The position numbers and the translations under genes are program-made. Positions 12,301-26,102 of a stretch of DNA of 64,000 nucleotides are shown here, one piece after another. The stretch's first letter is position 1; each line of letters starts with the position of its first letter. The notes under the pieces are model-generated. The model was not told where the DNA came from and did not search any database. It saw only the letters and a program-made list of their open reading frames with translations. The DNA is from Lingula anatina (taxonomy: Eukaryota; Animalia; Brachiopoda), in the NCBI GenBank assembly GCA_051362555.1, contig CM120642.1, positions 25,978,001-26,042,000 of the forward strand, in the 5' to 3' direction.

Positions 12301-15300
12301 ACTGAAATCATATATCAGAAATAAAATAAATACAGTTGTTCTCACAGTTTCTCTGTGGGCCTATAGAAGGTTTTTCAAATGAATATTAACTTTCGCAACT
12401 TTTACAGCACAATGTGCGTTCCGCTTCACCATTCAAGATTAACAAGCTAGGATAGGTTCTCGTGGCTCGTGGCGTTGCGCATGGCACGCTTTTTAGCACG
12501 GAGGGCAACCGTAAACATGTACTTGTTGCTATTCAAAGACGCGCCTTCAAGTGCGGACTTTAAGTGCCCAGAGACAGCGTCATTTTTTAAATGCATATTC
12601 ATTAAAATATCTGTAAGACACATCACCGTGTTTGCCACACGCAACAGACGTGTTTTCCAAACATGACAATCATGTGCTTCTTTTAAATTCTTAAAAAAAG
12701 ATCTATATTTAGGTTTTATGTTAACACGAAGGTGCAGACTGCCGTGGTTGGGGCACTGTGACTAGTGCGCACAGGAAACAATAAATTCAACACAGTGAGA
12801 CAGGGCCGCTGATATAGTGGAAAACTCGAGGTGTTTTACCGAAGTGCAAAACATGACACTAATTCATACCTTTGCCTTCTTACTCAAAGCTCGGGTGTGG
12901 AGGTCACAGGGTGACGATGGCCTACGGGGTTACAATTTATTTTACTTACTGTTTTTTTTCTTTATACAGATAAGTGCGCCTTTGATTAACGCAAAATTGT
13001 GAGCAGTAACCTTAATAATTTCAGCTCCTTACAACACTTGTTATTAGTTCCATCAAGCTGTTGTCAAGGGGAAGAACCGCGGGGAAATTTGCATTATTTT
13101 TAGACAGGCAGGGGCGTGGAAGTTAACCTCGGAAGGATAACGTCCTTGGCGCGGGTTCTTCTTTGGTAGGATCAATCTTGTGGCAGAGATCATGTTATGC
13201 ACCAGTACAATGTATGCTTTGGATACTGATAATAGTTCGTTATTTTGGATCCTTCTGGTAACGCAATTTAAGTTTTGTTTTTCCTCTGAGGTATGGGGCA
13301 AATTTGGCTCGTTAAACTTATATTTGACATTAACCACCAAAGGATACGTAATATTGAAGAGAAGTAACGGAAATGACAGGAGAGATGGCATGTATTTGAT
13401 TAATGGAAGTAATTGTTCTCCAGGTTAATTTATCTATTTTTGGAGAACCAAGAGAATCGCAAACGTGGGCATATCAACTTCTCTTTTATCAAAACAATAT
13501 TGATATGCATCTTATTCCAAGATATGTAAAGATATTGCCAGTGGAAAGCAACTTATTTGCTATTGTGTCAAAGTAAGAGATGAGTCACTGCCACTGAGTT
13601 TCATTGTAAAACCCAAGGTGACATCCATCACTGATTTTAAGGTATGCGGAGTTATGGAGGATGCGCACATTCTTACACAGTGTTGATTATAAAAATGAGA
13701 ATTGTGGTTTCCGGAAGGTGCGACCAAACGCAAGAAAAAGGGTGGCTTTTGACCGCCACCAGAAGCGGGGGTTAGGATTGGTATGTTTTTCACTGGTTGG
13801 CGATAGGTCAAAGCTACCAGGACTAGATCGTAAACAAATTGCCATAAAACATAGCCGCAAGATGTGTCGGGGCGACGGATTCCTTCCCCTTGAGTGATAA
13901 AATACCAATTCACTTTTATAAATGATTACCCATCTGCTGTGAAATTAACACGGTGACAAATACATACTTTGCGGTGAGGCGCTTTTCAACACAAAATGAC
14001 AAAAGGCAGGCATGAATTAGATGGATTTGTGTAACTTATGTCCTTTCCGGCCAGGGTTGTCGCGTTCCCGTGTATATACAGGTGCGCTCTTGCTTATTCG
14101 TGACCAACCGAACGAACGTTGTACCTTGGGCTAATTTGGTGTTTAGAATTTTTCACTCTGTGGACTCTGTAGAACTCTGAAGGGTCTATGTGAGGCTAAT
14201 TTACTGTTTAACGCTTGGAGACAAAGCAATTAATGAATCAGAACAAAAGGTACCGTCTACAAGATTAATATGCAGGTGGCTTGGTCGTAAAAGAGGGAAA
14301 GTGACATATTGGACGCTTCCAGGTCGTGTACCGAGACATACTGCTCGCGCACATCGCTGAAGCCTTTACTCTTAGAGATGATAGCATGAATGAAAATGTT
14401 GGAAAGGTGAATGAAATGACAGCAATAAAAAGGCAGACATCCCTGTATTTACCTTGTAACATTCCAAGGCCTCTACTGCCCGCGCGTATCCTTCCGTTGA
14501 GTATACACACAAAGCGGAAAGCAGCTCAAAAACTTGCTTTTTTGTGGTAACATTGTCCGTATCGAGAGCTGGAAAAGAGAAGAAAAGTAAACATTTAGAT
14601 TTTATTTGGCAAGATTTACATAAGCAAATTAGCGTACAATTGCAATCAGCTTCGCTCTGCTAAGTACTGAAAGGGACATGGAATATCCATTGAACGGTAA
14701 CGCTGTTTGGAAGTACTCTGTAGAAAACATTCGGAATAAATATTGACTCTCTTTCGTGAAAACCTCCGTTAAGCCATTGTATCTATTATAACTTTGAGGA
14801 CCTTACTACTTTTTTCAGTTCAATCTGTATAAAAGCATGTGCAAATTATTAATGAAAGCATGTTAAACAAGGCTGCCCTTTATCGGCTTGTTAAGATGCA
14901 AGAGTGTCGGGGGTCACAGTTAATCATAACGCAACTAAAGCTTAGAGGGGACATTTTGTTAGACTTTTATAATCTCGTAAACCCGAAGTCGAGAGATCAC
15001 CCAATTGTGCCCTCCATCGAACTATTGTAGTATAATCTTGTACTGAAAGCCCCCAAGGCGGTGGTGCCTTAACACACAGAACAAAAATATTCTCAGCAAA
15101 TTTGTTATCTTTTACACCCATAGCAAACAGGCCATGAAGCCCCGTGTTAATTAATTATTTGATCGGTTGCAAATATACATTATAAGGCAAATCTACAGGG
15201 TGCCAGTAAGATATAAAATGAAGCCATTTTCTAGCCAGGCTGGTGAGCACAATAAACTCAATATGATAAATCAAATTATAAATCGAGTCCCCCAGGGTGA

Positions 15301-18300
15301 CGAAGAATGGTGACTTGTCGCGCATCCAGCGACACGCAAGAAGCGTTCACGGAAGACTCTTTGAGATCTGTTTTCTGTAGGTGTATTATCACTGCGAATG
15401 TTTCGGCCCTCAAAAGTTCATTATATCCCTATCTATTAATATGTTTTAGTCTGATTCAACGAGGGTTTTGCGAAGAAAGTTGATTGCAATCAGTCAAAGT
15501 TGATGCTGTGACACAAGTGTAATGCACTTTAAAATTATCTGACAAACAAAATACGCCGGGTTTGAACCGGTTTTAAAGAGACAAATGTGAACTCGACCAG
15601 GCTAGTCAGGAATCATTAACGAGCAACTTAGGCTGTGTTAGTCACCGATAGAAGAGTTTACCTGTAGCTTATTGAACAGGTGAATTCCCGTCTCCCGTTC
15701 CGTGTTATACAACCTCGGTCAGGAGTTGGAATGATTACAGGAAGCTATTTTCATTGAAGTTCAATTAAATAAGACCGATCACAGCTTGGTTCGTGGTCAT
15801 TATATGAGGATTAACAAGGTTTTCTTACATCAAATCGTTCTGTTAAAGGCTGATATTGATGTTTTCGATTTGAGACCTGATAAGTGAGAGACGGGGAGCA
15901 CCAGATCTGTATTGAGAGTAGTACACTAACCTTACTTCCTGGCCTTAAAATAATAAAGGGGTACTTTTTATATTTTTATTTATTACATTAAAAAAGTGAA
16001 AATGCGATGTTATAAAAAAATAAAAAAAAAAATAAACAAAACATCATTAGCATTGAATACATATATTAGATGCGCCCTTGAAAACTCTTCCAAGTTTGAA
16101 GTATCACCTCGCCTACAGTGACTGAACCCTGACATCATACTCATATTAAGATAGAACGATATCAAAAGGTCTGTGATTAGTGCGGAAAGGTATGATATTG
16201 GGATTATTTCTAAGTCCACGAATCAGCTTGTATACAAACTCGTTGTTTGCTCTTTTGACACAAATTGATGGAATGAGCTTAAAATGTGCGCCGGGAAAGC
16301 TCCAAAAAGCCAAATCGGACTTAAATGGCGTCCAAGTAGAAATATTTGGTTGGCATTTTGCACCCGAGGGTTATATATTACTGTAAGATTGGTGTTTGAT
16401 AACCAAGTGAGATAGAATGGAACCCCCACGAGTGTTTTATCCCCATTTTTAAGTGAACAACACTTATTTGGTCATGTTGCAGTGATTAATTGGCGTTTAA
16501 TTTTGAAATGTCTTTAAAATCTGCCCCCATTTGCATCGGAGCAGACTGTTTTCAATACCCACCGAAGGCTTAAATACGGTTTCCAATGTAAAGGACACCC
16601 TCTTTCAAAATACTTTAAATACTCAGACACACGTTGCCTCGAGAACAAGATACTTGAGATGAGTGATTCAGTGGCCTCTTCGTTAAAGGGGAGTAAATGA
16701 GATATTCATTGTCTCAAATCTTGATATTTTAATTTTCAGACAACTCGCGTTAATGGTCAAAAGCACGTCAGACCCTAGTGAAGACAAGTCGGTGCTAATC
16801 CTCTTCGGTCAGAATCTGCATTTTTACGCGGAATTAAGATGAAGGCTAAAGCCATGACTAAAGTCACCCATTACTAAAGTAACAAGTCTTCGACAGGACC
16901 AAAGAGATGTGCATTTTGACAAAGCCATAGGGGAGACTTACTTGCGGTTGTCTATGCATCGTAAGAATGCAGGTTTATCGCCTGGCTGAATAACATTTGC
17001 AGTCAACGCCTTAGAGAGCGAATTCGATAATTGCATTTTTTTTCGAGCTCAAATTCTGTGTACGGTCCCTGTAAACCATCTTCTAACGTGATCTTTAATT
17101 TACCAAAACCACGTTTTAAGGGTAGTTACCGTAGCACCTGTTGAATATGCAATGTTTTACACAAGGAGCTTTTCTTATCGCATTTCACACGGAGTAATAA
17201 GCGGTATTATGTCGTATGCATGCTAGCCCTCTGTAATGGATCCAAATCATTCTAGATAATGTGCTGGCAATGATATGTATTCCTTGTGTTCAGACAGACT
17301 TGATTTGCCTTTGAACAACGAAAGTTTTACCTAAAAAATGCCCAAGATCACGCATCAAGGAACAACCAATATTATGTCTTCGGTAAATGATGGATGACGC
17401 GAAACTGAATTATCTTCGAAAGACGAAACTTTTTTTTTTGATAAATCGATGGATAACACGAGATATATGTGAATGTCCAATCGATATGAATTTGAAAATA
17501 TCTTCCAGTTTGTATGCTAATTTAATACGATTTCCGTTGGGTAAGATGTAAAAGTTGTATTCTGTCTGGGAGAAGATTTTCCGCAAGAAAACGGATGGTG
17601 TTGCGAGTGCAAACATTTTTAATACTTAAAAGTAATGAATATTATGAGAACGAAAAAAGTTCGTTGACATTGTTTTGTAAACATCATCTTGTTTATTTCA
17701 TACCTCAATTGAGGCAGGGTGGTGTCGCCCCTCCCTTGCATCAATATATATGAGCCTAGTTTCTATTAAAAACTCTTAGCTCCTTTTTCCTAGGTGAGTG
17801 ACTTTTATCACAAGACAGGAATGCTTTGTTGATATTATTTTATAAGTTTCGTCCACTATGGTCCGTATCTATGCCCCCTGACCCGAAGGCCACGGCTATC
17901 AATATTTACATGGAATTCAGATTCCTCCGGAGCTCAGTCATAATCAACCTTCGCTTATTTTACCTCCATCTAACATCCTTCCCGCCTTCTGGACACGAAC
18001 TTTATTTGACTTCTTCTATTCCACCTTCCTTGGATAAATTTGCTAAGGATTAAACATGGCTGTTAACTAAATATGGGATCAAGTTTGCTCGCATTTTCTT
18101 GCAAGTATTAGGGAAATCTAAACCTTGTTCTTCCACTGCATTTCAAAAGAAAAATCTCGTCTGCCTCGTAGTTCTTAAGTTGCGCATACACTCGATTCCA
18201 TTTCGCGCATTTTTTTATTCACAAGGGTTTTTTTTTATTCATTATTGTTAAATCCGTATGGTTTTCATATTGGGAAGTAAAAATACAAAGATGTTATCAA

Positions 18301-21300
18301 TTATTTTTCTACGATGTCTTTCACTTTGGACATACCTGTTTGGTTAAAGCCCTGCAGATATCAAACCGAAAGTCGCCATCAAAATGATAACGCGCTGCTC
18401 TCTCCATTCTTTCTCAATGCCGACATGAACCCAGTTAAACCCATCACTTAGTTTTCTCTGGCAAAGTCACTAAATCATACTTTAAATAGTGTTTGAAGTA
18501 TTATGGACAGATATACATCAGGATTTATATCGTGTTGTGATATTGGGTCAGCCCACCACGACCAACATCGATATTCGTGTATGGATATATTTCATAGCCG
18601 CGTGACCCGAACTACCTTCTTGTACCCGACTTGTCCCGGTGAATAAACCATCTATCTCTCGGTATGGCAAAAGACTTGTTAGGTTGCTTAAGTCTCAAAC
18701 TGTGATTCACAACCATTTATTGTGCACCTCATACACGTCAATGCGAGGTGTCTTCCATTATTCATAGGGATGAGGGTCGCGTTAGACATGTCACGCTTTC
18801 TCAAACTGGTTCCACTTTATATACAAGCATTGACTGTTTTACTGAAAAAAGCCATTACATGCCGAGGATCCATATACAGAGCTCTGACGGCGGCCCTCCC
18901 TTGTAAATTTGTTTAGAATTAAAGTTACACGACATTAAATCGTGTTTTAAAAACCTCTGTCGACATATCAGAGGTGACGACATGCTCAGAATACGTGAAC
19001 TACGCAAAGGTGTTTATTAGCTGCATTAAATAAATGGGTTTATTGTACCGTGATTAGTCCGGTCATAGAAAGCGATGGGGTTTGTATAGTCGGAAAATAA
19101 TGATGTTAAATCGCCTTGTTTTCCTTATTTTGGTAAGTGTTCAGGAGCATAGAGCTACTATTTTGGTGTTATAGACCGCAGTGATCGACAGTCTTACTTA
19201 ATGAAATGCATCATTATCCGTGTGTAATCAACAACACTTTACGCTGAGGACAAAACGGGGGTTAGACTATTAGTGTTGATTATCAGGCGACAAGGATTTA
19301 ACCAGTTTTTATTAAGAAATAACTAGTTTGTTTTCCCGCGATATGAGGCCTGATTAAGTCCTGCTAACTGATAACATCGGCGTAATTTGCAAATGACCAT
19401 ATTATCAATTCACCTTGTAGAAGGGAGATTTGAATGGGAGGTTTGTGTTGAGAGAATCCCATACACAAACGCCGCCTTTTATGCGGACATCGCACAGGTG
19501 ATTTACAGTGTAGTGAGGCCATTCACTGAAGCGGGCAAATTAAGGTGCAAAATATCACAGTGGGTGCCTTAAACATACAGGTGGTTGCGGGGATATAATT
19601 TTTTAGCATAGCAAAATAATAGGAGCCGAGAAGGATATGTATAAAGCATCAGTAATACCAGGTGCAATTCTAGACCACCCACCGAAATGTAGCTATATCA
19701 ATTAAAATCCAACCCCCTGCTGTTTAACATTGCAATAGTCTAAATGGCTTGTCCACTTAGTCGGTTTACCACTGTGACCGTCCAAGACTCACCCGATGAT
19801 AACTTGGTAATGAATTCCTTATTCTCCACAATGTAATCCAATCCTGACGTTTGTGAAGTCATGACTGCAACTGGAATAGGTACGTCACTTTAACTCCAGC
19901 AAAAAATACGAACTCCAAGCGTAACAGGCGGGAGTCTCATAAAAACATATTCCTGTAGTATGACAGTCATGCGACAGCATATAGTGCTCTTGTAGGGTCT
20001 CTACAGATAAATCCAACGTTCTTGAGCTCCATAGTTGCGTCTCTGTGTGTTACCTGTTTCCTACCTGAATACACTATGACTTGGGGAACACTATCTTTCC
20101 ACTTGGCTGAAGCCTCTATTGTCATTCGTCAGGCTGAACCTCATTCATTTCTATCCTGACCAATGACAGGGCTTCTTAACACAACGACCGCTTTCCGGCA
20201 TCAACTCACCTGTGTTTTGGCTATTGCGGTCTGCTATATGGATGTACATGTATATGCACACCTTCTTCAGTGCGTATATTTTAATTACCTGCAATGTCGC
20301 AACCCACGAGGATACGCATAGAATTAATGTCGTTAAATAATATCATGAAGAATTTGTTAAAATATAATATTACTGTGCATTGAATCGAAAAACTAGCAAC
20401 ACTAATAGACGGACTGATGTGGACGCACTCTCACAGTTTACAAATCATAGTCAGCACGTATTTCTGTCTATGACGGTATGCATACGATAGGCAGACAGTC
20501 ATTAAGTAAAATCATTAAGGCAAATTCGGGTATAAGCGAAACCTCATTTGTATCAAAAGGAAGCGAAATATGTCATTCCCTCACAAGAAGCTGTGTTTGC
20601 AAAGGCGTTAGCCATTCAAGTGCTTATTTTGGCAGTAGCTGTGAAAGGCTGATGTTTGTATTGGTTTTGCGGCTTCAGACACTTTCAATAAAGCGTAAGA
20701 TGCTAACAGAATTTTGATGAATGAAAAGAGCGGATGTAGAACTTCATTGAGGTATGGGCCAAGCAACACGAACTCTTCAAAGGTTCGAGCAATTAGGACC
20801 AACAAATTGAGCATATGCCCCCACCCCCATCCCAGCCCAGCCCGGATATTGCGATCCGAATGCACTTGAAAAATGAATTTCGAAATTGAAACTTGTTTTT
20901 TTTTGCACAATGTTTGCCCACGAGTGAAACTAAATGGCATGAAGGTGGTGCTTGTTTCTTGTATTTATTCTTGTTATTATTTTTGTCTAAATAAAAACAT
21001 CTTAAAACATCTTAAAACTGCATACAGGTTGTGTGACTTTTTTCCTTAGTTCTGCGCTTGTTAAGACCATTTTTCTAGTAAATATCGGTGTGAAATTGAT
21101 TGCCAAGAAATATTGCCATTCCCACCTTAAAACTACGTATACCGATACTTTCACACCAAAAATAAAGTTCACAAATTAAATTGCAGAAAATTAAAATTGA
21201 TGGGTCATATGACGAGTACCTACGCCCGCCTCACCAAGGCCTTCCGTAATTTCTTTTAGTTGACATCATGTTTGAGAATGGTCGGTGAATGGATCGATGC

Positions 21301-22688
21301 CATGGTTTCTGGTATTTGACCAAATAGGTATGATGGGCTGGTGGAAAATATTGTATATGTTTCTTCTAAGTATAGCAATTCAATATTGACTGGAATTTAT
21401 ATGAAGATTAGCATGCCATCTATCGGTGATAAATAACACCTCAACTTGAAATATCATTTGCATGAATAGATATATTAGAGATGCATAAAACTAATGAGTC
21501 GTAAATAAAAAACAAGTTGGACTCGCTTCCCTTCTCCCAAATTCCAAAGGGATAACAACTGTTTATTTTGGCCATAATGGATTTTCTTGGGGTTAAATGA
21601 CAATTTCCCCATACTTACCAATGGTAAATGAAACCGTTCCGACATTCAAAGTTGTTCCCAGTTTTTTTTTTTCTGTTAAAAGTTTGATTTTTTTGTTTTA
21701 ATCTCTTAAAAGATTATTACAGAGAGTAGCCATCTATGGAGGTCAAGTGCTACGATGGCAAGCACAGATTCCAGAAAAATTGCGATAGACCTAACCGCCG
21801 TTTCGGCGGTAAACTAAAATTTATCATATTGACATCTTTGGTCGATGCCAATAGCAACCATGCCAATAATAAGACCAAAGCCAGTGGCGTATCTTTAAGT
21901 GTGAAAATGTGCTGTGAAATGCGTATATGCAGTGATTAGTTACGCAGCAACGGCAAATGCGCACGTGCATGTTTTCATCATAAAGGCACTTATGATAACT
22001 TTACGTAAACGAACGTGCGTGCGAGCGCACGTCTGGTTAACCACCCAAACAGACCAACTTGTAACTGCGCCTTCGGGATTACTCAAATCAAACAGAATTA
22101 ATATGGCTTAGAGAAATGTACATCAACTGTGAACTTGGCTATCTTGGCAATTAAACTTTGTACATGTCCACACTATTTGATAAATGAAAGGGTTGTAACG
22201 AGAAAACATTGCAGCTTGGCCCTCTTGAGTTGACACTTAACACACGGTTGCAAACTGTTGGGACGGTTGTTGGGAGCCAGGAAGTATGTGTATTATGTTG
22301 TTCTTGTCCACGTATAAGATAAGAGCGACCTGCTTCTACACGTGATTAACAATTTAAGGTAATGCCCTTTTATGATAGGTCTGCTAAACACTTTTCTTAT
22401 CTTCTTTATATGCATATTTGATACTATTTCATATTAAGATTTTATATTAAGATTTTAAAAAATGATAGGTAGGCCTACCCATGTAAGTTTTTTTTTGCTT
22501 TAGTGATTTAAACTTACAAACTGTGACATGAGACCAATTAAAGGACACGTAAAAGGCGTTACCGAGTATTTGATTTCCGCTTTGACATTAAAACTGCCCG
22601 CTACCAGAAGTGTTCTCTTGCGGTTATAAAATTGTATGAAATATACAATAGATAATTTTGAAACAGCTTTTACCACCAGAGATCTTCT

Positions 22689-22689
22689 C

Positions 22690-22725
<36 letters not shown>
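22689..22725. repeat. (AAT)n microsatellite
   Basis: About 12 tandem AAT units. Confidence 0.95.
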
Positions 22726-23108
22726 TCAAGAAAAGAAATACATGTACATTGGATCTTGACGCGTTTTCTTAATTAAACTTGAATCTTTGTGTGAACTTTT
22801 ATCATATCTTGTCCATATGCGGTTGATGTCGAATCTTGATGTTCTCAAACTTTTAAGCAGTTTTCATGTAAAAACTATAGCATGTTAACGCCATATAATG
22901 CTGAACAATTTCAAATTATCGCTACGCATATAAATTGGTTTGTTTCTTGCGCATTTATGAAAAATGAAATGAATGACTTATCCTGTATTTATTTTTTTAT
23001 TGTTCTTCTCGTTTTTCTTAACTTTTATTTTTTTCTCCATACAGTGCCCCTTGTTAATTTTTCATTTTCTGTTTTGTCGTCTAGTCTTTTATGACAACAG
23101 ACCTTGAC

Positions 23109-23186
23109 AGCGACATCTATTGGCTATAATTTGAGTTAATGAAATGCGCATGCGTCGAATAGACTTCCGTACACTTCCGGCACGTG
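23109..23186 (+). promoter_or_regulatory. DPH3 housekeeping-type promoter (CTCF-like, NRF1-like, two ETS and one E-box motif)
   Basis: agcgacatctattgg (23109), tgcgcatgcg (23145-23154), acttccg twice (23163, 23173) and cacgtg (23181), all within ~130 nt upstream of the ATG. Confidence 0.6.
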
Positions 23187-23238
23187 AAAACCAGATTTGT
23201 AAAGAAAATATGTAATTCAAGTTATTTTTTGTGTGAAA

Positions 23239-23346
23239 ATGGCTATATATCACGATGAGGTGGAAATTGAGGATATGGAGTATGATGAAGAAACGGAGAC
23301 GTACTATTACCCTTGTCCCTGTGGAGACAGATTTGAAATAACGAAG
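23239..23346 (+). CDS. DPH3: Diphthamide biosynthesis protein 3 (CSL zinc finger), coding exon 1
   Basis: [36 protein letters not shown], then a phase-0 GT donor (aag|gtaa); characteristic DPH3/KTI11 N-terminus. Confidence 0.97.
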
Positions 23347-24170
23347 GTAAAACTATTACTTAGTCCTCTTCGTTTCACATAAAGCAGATACTGTACAAGG
23401 GTCCTCCGATTCTCTCTCTCTGCGCTGCTGTCCCTATTATGTTCCAGGCTAGTATTTTTACCCTCATTTCTGCCCTAATGGTTCCCCTACATGTTCCTTT
23501 GGGCCTGCCACGCTTTCTCCTACCAGGTGGTGTACATTTTAGTACCCGTCTTGGGATACTCTCTTCTCAAAGTGTGACCCAGGTACCTTCATCACCTTTT
23601 TAATTAATATTTCCAGGTCGATGTCCTTAATACCTGTTATTTTCTAAAACCTCATGGTTGCTGATTTTGTTTGGCCATCTTTAACCCAGTAAACTTAAAT
23701 TACCTAGTAATACTTTGTGCCGCCCTGTTTCCATTGTGGGTGTAACTAGAATTTGTTGCTTCTATGCACAATTCACAGTAATTTACTACAGAATGGCCTT
23801 ACCTGAGTAGCGTGTCAGGTTGAAAACTGAGACAATATACTTCAAGGAATAATTGATGTATTACTTCATCTGCGATCAGTGCCATAATTCAAACTTCACT
23901 GAATGTATTCATGAATATTAGCAAGAATAGCATTGTACAACTTAAATGTTTGAAAAAAATCAATAGTATTTACTTTCTATCATTATACCTTGAAAAGATA
24001 TGAGAAGCAATTTGGAGTTTCTATTGGCTATTTAGGCACATATACTGGGAAGTTGTTCTGTCCTATGTCTTGGTTTTACTGACATCATTCACTGTTATAT
24101 CTGTCCATGTATCCTCTTAAAATTTGGCAGTTATATATTGGTGATTTAACTCTACTATTTTTTATTATAG

Positions 24171-24245
24171 GAAGAGTTAGAAGATGGAGAGGATGTTGCA
24201 ACATGCCCAAGTTGTTCCCTGATAATAAAAGTGATCTATGATCCT
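24171..24245 (+). CDS. DPH3: DPH3 coding exon 2
   Basis: tttattatag|[25 protein letters not shown]|gtaag; contains the CPSCSL zinc-ligand motif. Confidence 0.97.
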
Positions 24246-24486
24246 GTAAGTATATCATGTTTCAGTAGTTTAGAGGAAAAGATCTAGGACCAATTCTTAA
24301 CATTCACTTTTGCAACTATTTGTAGTCATTCTGTTGATTGGGATGGTGCATTCAAGATTGATACTTGGTAATTTATTTTTTTCAAAATTTCATCAGTTTT
24401 TATTTTGTGTATTTGAATTATATATTAATATATCACTTAGAAGACAGTTTGATTATAATACTTTGTATTTGCTTTTATGAGCATAG

Positions 24487-24555
24487 GAAGACTTTGCATC
24501 AGGAGAGAAGATTGCCGCACCTAGTAGAAGTGATGCTGAGTTAGTTAAACACTAA
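24487..24555 (+). CDS. DPH3: DPH3 coding exon 3 (terminal); spliced product 83 aa
   Basis: catag|EDFASGEKIAAPSRSDAELVKH*; in frame, with AATAAA signals at ~25235 and ~25274. Confidence 0.85.
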   Translation, partial: EDFASGEKIAAPSRSDAELVKH

Positions 24556-26102
24556 CACAACTGTGTCCCACTAGTTTAGTGAAGTGGGACATTTGACAGG
24601 GAGTGGACTTCAGGGAAAGAGGCATACAACAGTGAATGTTCTGTCCACATCAAGTTAGCTAGTCTGGAGAAGTCAACCCATCCCCCCATTCCAAGATTCT
24701 CAAATTCCAAGATAATTTTAAAACAGATATTAGGACATATTTCTCCCTTTTTTATGGTTTAGATATAACTGTCATTGAAATGGCAATAGTAAAACACTTC
24801 AAAAGAGGGTTGTTCAGCCTCCCAGTTACCACAGGGCAAGATACTGGATTTAACACAAATTTAATCCCAGTCTCAGAAAATTTGAACAACGTGTCCAGTT
24901 AAAAGCTTCTCTCACTGGCTGTGATGAATTCGCACAATATTTACACCTCGCTAAATTTTATTTATAGTAAAACTAATGAGATCTAAGTAGCACCTCTATA
25001 GTGTCTGTTTTTTAATGCACTGTATGTTCTTTGTAATGATATTGGATTTGATTATGTTGGTCTTAATCTAATCTTTTACATTTTAAAATATCAATATTTA
25101 TAAAGGATACAATGGACTTTTATCAGTTTGAAAGATGAGGGTTTCATACTTATGTCTTTTGATAGAAATTTGACTTTTATTCTGTTCTGCTGGCAGAACT
25201 GTTGAAATTAGCAGTTTTTGTTTCTCACAAAATCAATAAAGTGTATAATGTAGAGACCGAATCTTGTTCTAGAAATAAAGTGCTGTTAGATATACTTGAT
25301 GCACATTTTCTTGTGTTATTTATCCCTAAAATGTGCTATTTGTGGCTTTTATGTCTCTTCCACTATCCTGATTATTTAAACAATGTAACAAATTGTTGCC
25401 TGTATATACACTGAATTGTGCTTTTTTCGTGGGGTGGGGGAAACGGTAAAAAAAAAAAAAAAAACCCTCTAGGAAATCCTGGTTCTGCCCCGATGTATAA
25501 TGCACATCAAACATCAAGAGGTGTTTGGTTCTTACATCTACAGCGGGATATATTTATGTAAGCTAGTTGATTCTAGGGGCTCTAATCCGACTCGGTATAG
25601 TCTAGGTATCGGCTCTAGGTATGCCCGGAGAAAACGTCACGCAACACCGCAGTTTAATTTCCAAAACCAAAAATCAATTTTATTACCTGGACATTGCCTA
25701 GTTTTAAAGAAGAAATCTACGGGACAGAATTCGCCAAATCTTAAATTAAGTTTAAGTGAGAAGGGGCAATTGAAAAGATAATTTCGACTGATAATAAACG
25801 AGCCGCGTGCATAGGCATGCAAGTACATTAAAATTAATTTGCAAGTCTGATCATTTTCCATCTGTACACGCCTTCCGTTTTTTTTAACAAAAAGAAAAAT
25901 AAGAGAATATATTTTTATTCAACTATTATATACAGTAACATTCAATTTCAAAAGTACTTCAGTAATCATTAATGTATTGTGTAAACGCAATGTTTCAATA
26001 AATGGTAGTACCCGATACTCTCGGGCCGTGGGGAAAAACCCGTCTAAACCCTTCGTGGGGAATGCCGGGAAAATGCCCACGCCCAGATACTTCAGTCTTT
26101 AA

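Noticed and set aside
19793-20000. Exon-like minus-strand segment with tgtag| and |gtgagt sites
   Set aside because: The frames I traced are not open across it and I see no recognisable homology; at most a decayed exon
9100-23100. A divergent partner gene upstream of DPH3 (OXNAD1 in vertebrates) or RING exons for the PA gene
   Set aside because: No exon with recognisable FAD/NAD-binding or RING-H2 motifs was seen; short exons could have been missed by eye
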